Of a stretch of 64,000 bases of DNA, positions 36,901 to 49,394 are shown piece after piece; within the stretch, counting starts at the first letter, position 1; every line of letters begins with the position of its first letter. A model generated the notes under the pieces. That model ran no database searches and was not told the DNA's origin. It saw nothing but the letters and a program-made list of their open reading frames with translations. Source of the DNA: Isurus oxyrinchus (Eukaryota); the NCBI GenBank assembly GCA_026770705.1, contig JANJGN010000546.1:186001-250000 (forward strand), given 5' to 3'. A program made the translations under genes and the position numbers.

Positions 36901-39125
36901 CTCGAGCCTGTTACACAGGAACAGGAGGAGGTCCATTCAGTCCCTCAAGCCTGTTACACAGAAACAGGAGGAGGCCCATTCAGCCCCCCTGAGACTGTTA
37001 CACAGGAACAGGAGAACCATTCAGTCCCTCGAGACTGTTACACAGGAACAGGAGGAGGCCCACTCAGCCCCTCAACCCTGTTACACTGGAACAGGAGGAG
37101 GCCCATTCAGCCCCCTCGAGCTTGTTACCCAGGAACAGGAGGAGGCCCATTCAGTCCCTCGAGCCTGTTACACAGGAACAGGAGGAGGTCCATTCAGTCC
37201 CTCAAGCCTGTTACACAGAAACAGGAGGAGGCCCATTCAGCCCCCTCGAGCTTGTTACACAGGAACAGGAGGAGGTCCATTCAGCCCCCCTGAGACTGTT
37301 ACACAGGAACAGGAGGAGGCCATTCAGCCCCTCAAGCCTGTTACACAGGAACAGGAGGAGGCCCATTCAGCTCCTCAAGCTTGTTGTAATAGAAGAGGAG
37401 GAGGCCTACTCATCCAAACGAGGCTTTTACACAAGAACAAGTGGAGGTCCATTCAGCCCCTCAGCCCTGTTACACAATAACAGGAGAACCATTCTTTCCC
37501 TCAAGCCTGATACACAGGAACAGGAGGAGGCCCATTCAGCCCCTCGAGCCTGTTACACAGGAACAGGAGGAGGCCCATTCAGCCCCTCGAGACTGTTACA
37601 CAGGAACAGGAGGAGGCCCATTCAGCCCCTCGAGCCTGTTACACAGGAACAGGTGGAGGCCCGATCAGTCCCTCGAGCCTGTTACACAGGAACAGGAGGA
37701 GGCCCATTCAGCCCCCTTGAACCTGTTACACAGGAACAGGAAGAGGCCCATTCACTCCCCTTGACCCTGTTACACAGGAACAGGAGGAGGCCCATTCAGC
37801 CCCTCAAGCCTGTTACACAGGAACAGGAGGAGGCCCATTCAGTCGCTCGAGCCTGTTACACAGGAACTGGTGGAGACCCATTCAGCCCCTCAAGCTTGTT
37901 TCAGGAGAAGAGGCGGAGTCCCACTCAGCCCCTCGTGGCTTTTACACTGGAACAAGTGGAGGACCACTCAGCCCCTCAACCCTGTTACACAGGAACAGGA
38001 GAGCCATTCATTCCCGCAATCCTGTTACACAGGAACAGGAGCAGGTCCATTCAGTCCCTCGAGCTTGTTACACAGGAACAGGAGGAGGTCCATTCAGCCC
38101 CCCTGAGACTGTTACACAGGAACAGGAGAACCATTCAGTCCCTTGAGACTGTTACACAGGAACAGGAGGAGGCCCATTCAGCCCCTCGAGCCTGTTACAC
38201 AGGAACAGGAGGAAGCCCATTCAGCCCCTCGAGCCTGTTACACAGGAACAGGAGGAGGTCCGTTCAGTCCCTCGACCCTGTTACACAGGAACTTGTGGAG
38301 GCCCATTCTGTTCGTTGGGGCCTGTTACTCAGGAACATGAGACCCATTAAGTCTCATCAAGCATGTTACACAGGAACTGGAGTAGGCCCCTTCAGCCCAT
38401 CAAGCTTGTTTCAAGAGAAGAGGTGGAAGCCCACTCAGCCCCTCGAGGCTTTTACACAAGAACAAGTGGAGGTCCACTCAGCCCCTCAACCCTGTTACAC
38501 AGTAACAGGAGAACCATTTATTCCCTCAAGCCTGTTACACAGGAACAGGAGGAGGGCCATTCAGCCCCCTCGAGCCTGTTACACAGGAACAGGAGGAGGG
38601 CCATTCAGCCCCCTCGAGCCTGTTACACAGGAACAGCAGGAGGCCATTCAGCCCCCTCGAGCCTGTTACACAGGAACAGGAGGAGGTCCATTCAGCCCCC
38701 TCGAGCCTGTTACACAGGAACAGGAGGAGGCCCATTCAGCCCCTCAAGCCTGTTACACAGGATCAAGAGGAGGCCCATTAACCCCCTTTGAGCCTGTTAC
38801 ACAGGAACAGGAGGAGGCCATTCAGTCCCTCGAGCCTGTTACACAGGAACAGGAGGAGGTCCATTCAGCCCCCTCGAGCCTGTTACACAGGAACAGGAGG
38901 AGGCCCATTCAGTCCCAGGAGCCTGTTATACGGGAACAAGAGGAGGCCCATTCAGCCCCCTCGAGCCTGTTGCACAGGAACAGGAGGAGGCCCATTCAGC
39001 CCCCTCGAGCCTGTTGCACAGGAACAGGAGGAGGCCCATTCATCTCCCTGAACATGTTACACAGGAACAGGAGGCCCATTCAGCCCCTTGCCCCTCTGAC
39101 ACAGGAACAGGAGGAGGCCCATTCA
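30975..39125 (+). repeat. ~8-kb satellite with a ~43-bp unit (CCTGTTACACAGGAACAGGAGGAGGCCCATTCAGCCCCTCGAG)
   Basis: Direct inspection; recurring variant units. Second array at about 48570-49320. Confidence 0.95.
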
Positions 39126-39739
39126 GCAGTCCCTCAGAACTGACACTCTGACAGTGCGGCACTCCCTCAGTACTGACAATCTGACAGTGCAGCACTCCCT
39201 CAGTACTGACCTTCCGACAGTGCAGCACTCCCTCAGTACTGACCCTCTGACAGTGCAGCACTCCCTCAGTACTGACCTTCCGACAGTGCAGCACTCCCTC
39301 AGTACTGACCGTCTGACAGTGCAGCACTCCCTCAGTACTGAACCTCTGACCGTGCAGCGCTTCCTCAGTACTGACCCTATGACAGTGCAGCACTCACTCA
39401 GTACTGACCTTCTGACAGTGCAGCACTCCCTCAGTACTGACCCTCTGACAGTGCAGCACTCCCTCAGTACTGACCCTCTGACAGTGCAGCCCTCTCTCAG
39501 TACTGACACTCTGACAGTACAGCCCTCTCTCAGTATTGACCATACGACAGTGCAGCATTCCCTCAGTACTGACCCTCTGACAGTGCAGCACTGCCTCAGC
39601 ACTGACCCTCTGACAGTGCAGCACTGCCTCAGTACTGACCCTCTGACAATGCAGCACTCCCTCAGCACTCCCTTACTGGGGAGAATCTGCCTGAGTTTTG
39701 AGCTGAAATCATGAGCAGGTCTTAAATCCTTCCGTATCA

Positions 39740-40780
39740 GAGAGAGAGAGAGTGTCTGAGAGAGAGAGAGAGTGAGAGACAGAGAGACTGTGTGAGAGAG
39801 AAAAAGAAATAGAGAGAGTGTGTGCGTGTATGAGGGAGAGTGTGTGTGTGTGAGAGAGAATGTGTGTGTGTGAGGGAGAGAGTGTGGGTGAGAGAGAGTG
39901 TGTGTGTGAGAGAGTGTGTGTGAGAGAGAATGTGTGTGTGAGAGAGAGAGAGATAGAGCAGAAGAGTGTGATAGAGAGAGATTGTAAGTGTTAGAGAGAG
40001 AATGTGTGTGTGTGAGAGAGAGAGAGAGCAGAAGAGTGCGATAGAGAGAGATTGTGAGTGTTAGAGAGAGAATGTGTGTGTGTGAGAGAGAGAGAGAGCA
40101 GAAGAGTGTGATCGAGAGAGATTGAGTGTTAGAGAGAGAATGTGTGTGTCTGTGAGAGAGAGAGAGATAGAGCAGAAGAGTGTGATAGAGAGAGATTGTG
40201 AGTGTTAGAGAGAGAATGTGTGTGTGTGTGAGAGAGAGATAGAGCAGAAGAGTGTGATAGAGAGAGATTGTGAGTGATAGAGAGAGAATGTGTGTGTGTG
40301 AGAGAGAGAGAGATAGAGCAGAAGAGTGTGATCGAGAGTGATTGAGTGTTAGAGAGAGAATGTGTGTGTGTGTGAGAGAGAGAGAGATAGAGCAGAAGAG
40401 TGTGATAGAGAGAGATTGTGAGTGTTAGAGAGAGAATGTGTGTGTGTGAGAGAGAGAGAGAGATAGAGCAGAAGAGTGTGATAGAGAGAGATTGTGAGTG
40501 TTAGAGAGAAGGTGTGTGTGTGAGACAGAGAGATAGAGCAGAAGAGTGCGATAGAGAGAGATTGTGAGTGTTAGAGAGAGAATGTGTGTGTGAGAGAGAG
40601 AGATAGAGCAGAAGAGTGTGATAGAGAGAGATTGTGAGTGTTAGAGAGAGAATGTGTGTGTGTGAGAGAGAGAGAGATAGAGCAGGAGAGTGTGATAGAG
40701 AGAGATTGTGAGTGTTAGAGAGAGAATGTGTGTGTGAGAGAGAGAGAGATAGAGCAGAAGAGTGTGATAGAGATTGTGAG
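39740..40780 (+). repeat. Compound (GA)n/(GT)n microsatellite with a ~60-bp higher-order unit
   Basis: Repeated GATAGAGCAGAAGAGTGTGATAGAGAGAGATTGTGAGTGTTAGAGAGAGAATGTGTG. Similar low-complexity tracts at 28440-28920 and 41555-42245. Confidence 0.9.
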
Positions 40781-41045
40781 GACTAAACTCACTGAGAGAA
40801 AAAGCTGGACACCCAGCACAGAGAGTGAGGGAACAATGAATTTTTGCCGTGTTTGGTGAATCGATTTGCGATGTCCATTCTGAATCTCTCCTTCCTTGTC
40901 TTGACATTAGTTTATTCCCTGGGGCTGTTTAACTCCCTGAAAGGTGCCATTTAACCACAAGTTGTTGTTTGAGGAAGAAACGCTGGGGACAATTTATGAA
41001 AAAGTCTCTGTCTTTATCATTTTCCATTTAGATGAGGAACTGAAG

Positions 41046-41091
41046 ATGGGAGAGGTCGGTCTGATATTGATCTTCATCAGCTTGCTGCAAG
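41046..41091 (+). CDS. Orphan signal-peptide exon, MGEVGLILIFISLLQ (exon 41032-41091, phase 1)
   Basis: tttccatttag| acceptor, AAGATGG start context, hydrophobic core ending SLLQ-G|gt like the gene 1 and gene 2 leaders. No Ig exon follows before the TM exon at 43734. Confidence 0.65.
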
Positions 41092-42192
41092 GTACAAATT
41101 CATTACTGATCGGAACTCAGGGAATTGGATTCTTTCCTGGAGTGAGGAAGTGAGGATGTTTCAGAGATAGGGAAGGTTGTAGGGAGGGTTGTAGGAGATG
41201 GAGGAGGTTACAGAGTTAGGGAGTGTTGCAGGGGCTGGAGGAGGTTACAGAGAGAGGGAGGGGAGCACTGCCTCAGTACTGATACTCCGAACGTCCAGCA
41301 CACCATCAGTACTGACCATCAGACAGTGCAGCACTCCCTCATTACTGACCCACCGACAGTCCAGCACTCCCTCAGTACTGACCCTCTGACATTGCAGCAC
41401 TCCCTCAGTACTGACCCTCCGACAGTGCAGCACTCCCTCAGTACTGATCTTCCAACAGTGCAGCACTCCCTCAGCACTCCCTCACTGGGGCGAGTCCATC
41501 CGCATTTTGAGCTGAAACCTTGAGATGGTCTCAAAACCCCAACCTTCCATCTCGGAGAGAGAGAGTGCGTTTGTGTGAGAGAGAGAGACAATGTATGTGT
41601 GAGAGACTGAGAGTGTGTCTGTGTGAGAGAGCAAAAGAGAGTTAGAGTGTGTGTGCATGAGAGAGGGAGGTAGCTTGTGTGTGTGAGAGAGAGAATGTGT
41701 GTGAGAGAAAGAGAACGTCTGTGAGAGTGAGAGAGAATTTATGTGTGAGAGAGAAAGATAGAGAGAATGTGCGTGTGAGATAGTGTGTGTGCAAAAGAGA
41801 GTGTGTGTCTGTGAGAGAGTGTTTGTGTATGTGAGAGTGTGTGTGTGAGATCGTGTGTGTGTGTGTGTGTTTGAGAAAGAGAATGTCTATGTGAGAGTGA
41901 GAGTGAGTTTATCTGTGAGAGATAAAGGTAATGAGAGAATGTGTGTGTGAGATAGTGTGTTTGTGAAAGAGCGTGTGTGTGATAGTGTGTTTGTGTATGT
42001 GAGAGTGTGTGTGTGAGATCGTGTGTGTGTGTGTTTGAGAGAGGGTGTGTGTGTTTGAGAGAGAGGGTGATTGTGCGTTTGAGAGGGAGTGAGAGAGAAC
42101 ATGTGTGTGAGAGAGAGTGTGTGTGTGTATGTGTGTGCGTGAAAGAGAAAGTGTTTGTGCAAAAGAGTGTGTGTTTGAGAGTATGTGTGCAT

Positions 42193-42246
<54 letters not shown>

Positions 42247-42519
42247 ATTCTGACTGAGCCGAGTTCACAGTTTCACACGTTGCTAGGGACCACTTTTCCA
42301 CCTCTCAGTCAGACTGTGTGTATCTGACAGCAGGTCAGGCAGAAATAGTCCAGAATGCGCTGTGGTTTTGTAGCATTGAAACAACAACATGAACTAAATG
42401 AGTGCTGCACCACTATCAGTGTGTGGCAGAGAATGAGCGTTGGAGGGATTTATAACCATCTCTGTAGAACGTGAGTTACACAGAATTGAACATTCTCTTG
42501 TTGTTAGCTCATGGGATGT

Positions 42520-43550
42520 GTGCATTGTTGACAAGGCCAGAAATTATTGCCCATCTGTAACTGCCCCTTGAGGAGGTGGTGGTGAGCTGCCTTCTTTAAC
42601 CACTGCAGTCCATGTGTGTAGGTACACCCACAGTGCTGTTAGGGTGGGAGTTCCAGGATTTTGACCCAGCGACGGTGAAGGAACAGCCGATATATTTCCA
42701 AGTCCCAGGGCAGACCACCACCTCATGTTCACCTCCAAATCACACACCATACTGACTTGGAACTGTCTTGGTGGAAGAGGTTAAGGGTTTGGAAGGTGCT
42801 GTCGAAGGAGCCTTGGTGAGTTGTTGCAGCGCATCTTGTAGATGGTGCACACTGCTGCCATTGTGTGCCAGTGGTGGAGGGTATGAATGTTTATGCTGGT
42901 GGATGGGCTGTCGATCAAACAAGCAGCTCCTGGATGGTGTCGAGCTTCTTGAGTGTTGTTGGAGCTGCACTTATCCAGCCAAGTGGAGATTATTCCATCA
43001 CACTCCTGACTTGTGCCTTGTCAATGGTGGACAGGCTTTGGGGGGTCAGGAGGTGAGTTACTCACCGCAGAGTTCCCAGCCTCTTACCCGCTCTTGTAGC
43101 CACATTATTTCCTGTTGCCGGGTTGTTGCCAGGGCCAATAGCCTTTGCTGTATCCAGTATCATCAGCTGATTCCTGATGTCACGTGGAGTCAATCGAATT
43201 GTCTGAAAGCTGACATCTGTGATGCTGGGACCCTCTGGAGGAGGCCGAGATGGAGCATCCACTCAGCACTTCTGGCTGAACCTGGTTGCCAATGCTTCAG
43301 CCTTGTCGTTTGCACTGATGTGCTGAGCTCCCCCATCATTAAGGATGGGGATATTTGTGGAGCATCCTCCTCCTGTTAGATCTTTAATTGTCCATCACCA
43401 TTCATGACTGGATGTGGCAGGACTGCAGAGCTTAGATCTGATCCGTTGGTTGTGGGATCGCTTTGCTCTGTCTATAGCATGTTGTTTCCGCTGTTTGGTG
43501 TGTATGTAGTCCTGTGTGTCACCTCAGCAGCTTGGCACCTCTGTTATATG
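42520..43550 (-). mobile_element. CR1-like LINE fragments
   Basis: Reverse complement of the 22.8-23.4 kb family. ITDVSFQTIRLTPRDI..LDTAKAIGP motif. Confidence 0.8.
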
Positions 43551-43733
43551 TGAATCCTCCTTATAGAAACCTGCATGTACATGGATATTATCAATAAATA
43601 TTACATAGATAAATGTTATTTGTATATACCTTTCATGCATAGACAATATCACTTCACAAGTTCAGAATTACTACATGTACATAGGGAACCATTCTCAAAC
43701 TGTACCGGAGTCATTCATTGGCTGATTTTACAG

Positions 43734-43830
43734 GGCGAGATTCCAATGAATGGAAAGCAGGATTGCTTGGAGCTGGAATCTGTTTGAGTGTTGGACTGAG
43801 TGGATTCTTCATCTTCAAGTGTGTGAGAAA
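43734..43830 (+). CDS. Orphan transmembrane exon, GRDSNEWKAGLLGAGICLSVGLSGFFIFKCVRK (paralog of the gene 1 TM exon)
   Basis: Same length (97 nt), same phases and clear homology to 18585-18681. Intact tttacag| and AA|gtcagt sites, no stop codons. Confidence 0.7.
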
Positions 43831-44481
43831 GTCAGTGTGAAGGTTTAATTGGTTGTTTTTGAAAATGTTTTCTTCAACCTTCTCTCCTTATAGAAAGAAT
43901 TTGCATTTCTATAGCACCTTTCACAACCCAAAACCCTTCACAGCCCCTGAAGAGCTTTGATGTTCAACCACTATTGAACATCTCATCCTACACTCCCTGT
44001 TTGACAACTCAGTCCTGTAACTGGCAGTGTTGACCCGGACCATAAAATACCCTGTGACCCCTTGAGGATGTGAAAGGTGCTATATAAATGAAAACCTTTC
44101 TTTCGTTAGTGCATGCAATCTCATTCCATTTTCCATGTTTCATTCACTCTCTCTAATCTCCAATAATGCTCTCCTTCTCATTCTCTCTCTCATTCACTCT
44201 CTCTCAAATCTCCACTAATGCTCTCCTTCTCATTCTCTCTCTCGTCCTCTTACACATTGTTCAGTATCTCACATTTTTAAGGAGCGCTGAGCAACATCTG
44301 CTCCTTCAGAAGATCCACCTAAACATCTGGACTGAGCAGTGAATTGAAACTCGCTCAACGACTGTTCAGCTTTACACAGGAATCACGTCACAGAGTCAGG
44401 ACACAAAGGGTTAACAGTTTGTTTACAACACAACACTAAGGCCCTACATTTCAATGAAAGGGTTTTCACAATTGTTCCCCA

Positions 44482-44785
44482 ATTCCTGATTTTGTCTCAC
44501 AGAGACACATCAACCCTTTCTCATTAAATACACAGAGGGAGCAGCACAGGAAGAGGTCATTCAGCCCAAGCAGAGCGTGTGGGCAGTTCCTCCCCAGGCG
44601 AGCAGTCGGACAGGTCCTGGGTAAGTAACGGAACGATTGGAATTCACTTCCACCACCAACACCGTCCTTTGTTGATGTTGTGACTTTATAAAGACAGATT
44701 CCAATGATTGATGCCTTTGAAAGATTTCTACTGATTATTGAGATCTGGGTGTGAGGCTCAAGTCTGTTGTACAGAACATCTTTCT
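44482..44785 (+). pseudogene. Truncated copy of the promoter/exon-1 module (donor at 44620/44621), cut by a CR1 3' fragment
   Basis: Near-identical to about 5165-5465. No leader exon follows. Confidence 0.7.
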
Positions 44786-45131
44786 GGTTAAATTATGCAG
44801 ACAGGTTACACACAGTCTACGATTATATTCCCTCGGGTCTAGAAGATTAAGGAGTGATCTAACTGAGGGGTTCAAAATGATTAAACACTCGATAGGGTCG
44901 ATAGAGAGAAGCTATTCCCTCGGGTGGGGGTGGGTGATGGGGGTCGGGCGAAGTCCAGAACAAGGGGGCTGGAACTTCAGATTGGAGCCAGGCCGTTCAG
45001 GGGTGATGTCAGGAAGCACTTCTTCACACAAAGGGGAGTGGAAATCTGGAACTCTCTCCCCAATAATCAAACCCAACACCGAATACACATCATGTTGATA
45101 GTCACTCTGTCCATTTCCATCTCTATTACAG

Positions 45132-45236
45132 AAGAGAGGCGAGGGGAAAGCAGGAATCAAATCGAACCATCGTGTTGATGAATATCGAGGTCCTGTTTAT
45201 GAAAACTGTGAGCGTGGTTGGGCTTTGAGGAATCAG
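45132..45236 (+). CDS. Orphan cytoplasmic exon A, KRGEGKAGIKSNHRVDEYRGPVYENCE(RGWALRNQ); 3' part supplied by an antisense CR1 fragment
   Basis: ctctattacag| acceptor. Homologous to 47118-47234. Contains a YEN motif; donor CAG|GTGAGT lies within LINE-derived sequence. Confidence 0.45.
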
Positions 45237-45369
45237 GTGAGTCACACACCACAGGATCCCCAGCCTCTCAGCTGCTCCAGTAGCCTGGTTATTGATATGG
45301 CTGCTCCAGTCCTGTATCTGCAATGTTTTATACAGTCACTCCCAAACCCAAACAAACTCACACCCAACA

Positions 45370-47020
45370 CCGTTCAGAATCAATAATCAAACCCCGATCA
45401 GAATCAATAATCAAACTCCGTTCAGTATCAATAATCAAACCCCGTTCAGTATCAATAATCAAACCCCGTTCAGTATCAATAATCAAACCCCGTTCAGAAT
45501 CAATAATCAAACCCCGTTCAGAATCAATAATCACACCCCGTTCAGTATCAATAATCAAACACCGTTCAGAATCAACAATCAAACCCCATTCAGTATCAAT
45601 AATCAAACCCTGTTCAGTATCAATAATCAAACCCCGTTCAGTATCAATAATCAAACCCCGTTCAGTATCAATAATCAAACCACTTTCAGAATCAATAATC
45701 AAACCCCATTCAGTATCAATAATCAAACCCCGTTCAGTATCAATAATCAAACCCCGTTCAGAATCAATAATCAAACCCCATTCAGAATCAATAATCAAAC
45801 CCCGTTCAGTATCAATAATCAAACCCCGTTCAGAATCAATATTCAAACCCCATTCAGTATCAATATTCAAACCCCGTTCAGTATCAATAATCAAACCCCG
45901 TTCAGAATCAATAATCAAACCCCGTTCAGAATTAATAATCAAACCTCGTTCAGAATTAATAATCAAACCTCGTTCAGTATCAATAATCAAACCCCTTTCA
46001 GAATCAATAATCAAACCCCGTTCAGAATCAATAATCAAACCCCGTTCAGTATCAATAATCAAACCCCGTTCAGTATCAATAATCAAACCCTCTTCAGAAT
46101 CAATTATCAAACCCCGTTCAGTATCAATAATCAAACCCCATTCACAATCAATAATCAAACCCCGTTCAGTATCAATAATCAAACCCTGTTCAGAATCAAT
46201 AATCAAACCCCATTCAAAATCAATAATCAAACCCCATTCAGTATCAATAATCAAACCCCATTCAGAATCAATAATCAAACCCCGTTCAGAATCAATAATC
46301 AAACCCCATTCACAATCAATAATCAAACCCCGTTCAGTATCAATAATCAAACCCTATTCAGAATCAATAATCAAACCCCATTCAGAATCAATAATCAAAC
46401 CCCATTCAGTATCAATAATCAAACCCCGTTCAGAATCAATAATCAAACCCCATTCACAATCAATAATCAAACCCCTTTCAGAATCAATAATCAAACCCCA
46501 TTCACAATCAATAATCAAACCCCGTTCAGTATCAATAATCAAACCCTCTTCAGAATCAATTATCAAACCCCGTTCAGTATCAATAATCAAACCCCATTCA
46601 CAATCAATAATCAAACCCCGTTCAGTATCAATAATCAAACCCTGTTCAGAATCAATAATCAAACCCCATTCAAAATCAATAATCAAACCCCATTCAGTAT
46701 CAATAATCAAACCCCATTCAGAATCAATAATCAAACCCCGTTCAGAATCAATAATCAAACCCCATTCACAATCAATAATCAAACCCCGTTCAGTATCAAT
46801 AATCAAACCCTATTCAGAATCAATAATCAAACCCCATTCAGAATCAATAATCAAACCCCATTCAGTATCAATAATCAAACCCCGTTCAGAATCAATAATC
46901 AAACCCCATTCACAATCAATAATCAAACCCCTTTCAGAATCAATAATCAAACCCCATTCACAATCAATAATCAAACCCCGTTCAGTATCAATAATCAAAC
47001 CCTGTTCAGTATCAATAATT
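45370..47020 (+). repeat. 24-bp minisatellite (ATCAATAATCAAACCCCGTTCAGW), about 69 units
   Basis: Direct inspection; very homogeneous. Confidence 0.97.
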
Positions 47021-47117
47021 AATGTATCTACTGTGGGTGGAATTTTCGATTTGGATCAATAATACTAAACACTGATCACTCTGATTGTCACTCTGATCAT
47101 TTCTGTTTCTATTACAG

Positions 47118-47234
47118 AAGAAAGATGAGAAGGATCTGGAAATGAAATCTAACCGCGGAGTCAATCCTGATACAGATGATGATCTTCACGCAAACTGTGA
47201 ATTTGCCAAGGATTCTGTTTATGGGAATTTATAA
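47118..47234 (+). CDS. Orphan terminal cytoplasmic exon B, KKDEKDLEMKSNRGVNPDTDDDLHANCEFAKDSVYGNL*
   Basis: ttctattacag| acceptor. Phase-0 frame is open to TAA at 47232-47234 and ends in SVYGNL (ITIM-like / YxN). Confidence 0.6.
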   Translation, partial: KKDEKDLEMKSNRGVNPDTDDDLHANCEFAKDSVYGNL

Positions 47235-48354
47235 ACTGAGCAAGAATGAGACACACACAGTGTGGGGAGAATACAGAATGGGAGAATCATTCAAAACTCC
47301 AATTTACCTTCCTAATATCCACAGGAACTCACTCCCAGGAAATAGATTTAAGCCTCTTGTTACAATCTGATGGAATTTCTTCGGAATGATCTATCCATGA
47401 TGATTGTCTGTGGGTTTCAATTTGAACATCATCCTTCAGAATTGTCCCTCACTGTTGGAAACATCCTTCTCTCCATTCTGATTGTAAATGTCTTTAGATA
47501 TCGTTCGATGATGTACCAGGACAGAACGGACAAATTCAATCCCGTGTCCGTGATTATGAGTTAATTTTCATTCTGTTATTCACCTTCCTGTCTGTCAGTG
47601 TTTACAGAATATTCATCAGCCAGTGCAGACTTCAGGAAATGCAGGATCGGTGGATAATTGGAGCAGAGGAGATTGGCAAAATTTACTCAGCATTTTGTAA
47701 TCAAATGTATTTTCAGATATATATTTGGATTTTACACTTCATCGTTAAACCGCAAAACTAACAGCAATCCCAGAAACATGGAAACAATTTGTTTGGAGAT
47801 TTGAGAAATTCTCTGCAGCTCAGAGGATAACAGATGTGCTACAGTGCCACCACTGGTGGGAGGACATCATTTCAGCATGACATGTTTACATTGATGTTGC
47901 CAATGAACATTGGAAATTATGATGTGAAAAATTGGTTGCAGGTTTACCTTCTTCAATATGTCATAGATGGATGAGACAGCTTTGATAACAGAATGAGATA
48001 TAGCTGCAATAAACCACCATTTTAGTCTTTCACACTTGGAGAGTACAATTAGCATCCATTCTGAAGGCTGAGTGGATGGGTGGACTGTGCGATGTGTTAC
48101 AGATTACAGAGACCAACATCCTTGATCCTGGTTCTGCTCTATGTCTGATGACATTCTTGGATAAAAGATTGGGAAAATAAATAATCCTCCTGCATTGATC
48201 TGTAACTGGTCTCTCCATCTGTCAATGTCCTGAGGACAGAATTGGGTTTGAGGTCCAAAATCATACACATGCTTTGACTGCCCATTGAATAGGAACAGGA
48301 GGAGGCCATTCAGCCCCCTCGAACCTGCTACACAGGAACAAGAGAGCACCTGAT

Positions 48355-48535
48355 ACAAAAACAGAAAATGCTGGAGAAACTGAGTAGGTCTGGCAGCATC
48401 TGTGCAGAGATAAACAGAATTAACATTTCGAGTCCGTATGACCCTTCTTCAGAGTCTATAAGCAAAAACTCTGTTTCTCTCTCCACAGCTGCTGCCAGAC
48501 CTGCTGAGTTAAGGCAGCATTTTCCATTTTTATTG
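48355..48535. mobile_element. Palindromic Penelope-derived (MITE-like) element with a hammerhead-like core
   Basis: ~65-bp imperfect inverted repeats. Minus strand reads CTGAAGA-AGGGTC-ATACG-GACTC-GAAA. Confidence 0.6.
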
Positions 48536-49394
48536 AAGATTTACAACATCTGCAGTATTTATTTTTAATGAGAGGAGGACATTCAGCCCCTCGACCCTGT
48601 TACACAGGAACAGGAGGAGGCCATTCAGCCCCCTCGAGCCTGTTACACAGGAACAGGAGGAGGCCATTCAGCCCCCTCGAGCCTGTTACACAGGAACAGG
48701 AGGAGGCCCATTCAGCCCCTCGACCCTGTTACACAGGAACAGGAGGAGGCCATTCAGCCCCCTCGAGCCTGTTACACAGGAACAGGAGGAGGCCATTCAG
48801 CCCCCTCGAGCCTGTTACACAGGAACAGGAGGAGGCCATTCAGCCCCATGAGCCTGTTATACAGGAAAAGGAGGAGGCCATTCAGCCCCTCAAGCCTGTT
48901 TCAGGAACAGGAGGAAGCCCATTCAGCCCCTCGAGCCTGTTACACAGGAACAGGAGGAGGCCCATTTAGAACTTCAAGCCTCTAACACCAGAACGGAAGG
49001 AGGTAGTTTCAGCCCCATGAGGTTGATGAACAGGAACAGGAGGAGGTCCATTAAGCCCCTCAAGTCAGTTACATAGGAACAGGAGAAGTCTCATTCAGCC
49101 ACACGAGCATCTTATATAAGAACATGAGGGGGCCCAAACAGCCCCTCAAGGCTGTTACACAAGAAGCAGAGGAGGAGGTTCATTCAGTCCCTCTAGGCAG
49201 TTTTAGAGGAACAGGAGGAGGCCCATTCAGCCACACAAGCCTGTTACACAGGAACAGGAGAAGGCCCGTTCAACCACCTCGAGCTTGTTGCATGTGAACA
49301 GTCGATGGCCCTTCAGCCACATTCTTGGATTCGCAAAGGGTTAACAGTTTTCTAACTGTGAGAGGCAAAGAGTTGCTTTCTAACTTGGTACTAA

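Noticed and set aside
37122-39143. 673-aa ORF and neighbouring ORFs in the 31-39 kb region
   Set aside because: The 43-bp satellite cycles through the same three peptides; not credible as coding.
43734-43830. DAP12-coupled activating TM (paired receptor)
   Set aside because: The two Lys residues flank the hydrophobic span rather than sitting mid-membrane, so an activating role is not supported.
45292-47062. 576-aa and 579-aa INNQTPFS / SIIKPRS repeat ORFs
   Set aside because: The 24-bp unit is a multiple of 3 and lacks stops in two frames; no credible start or splice context.
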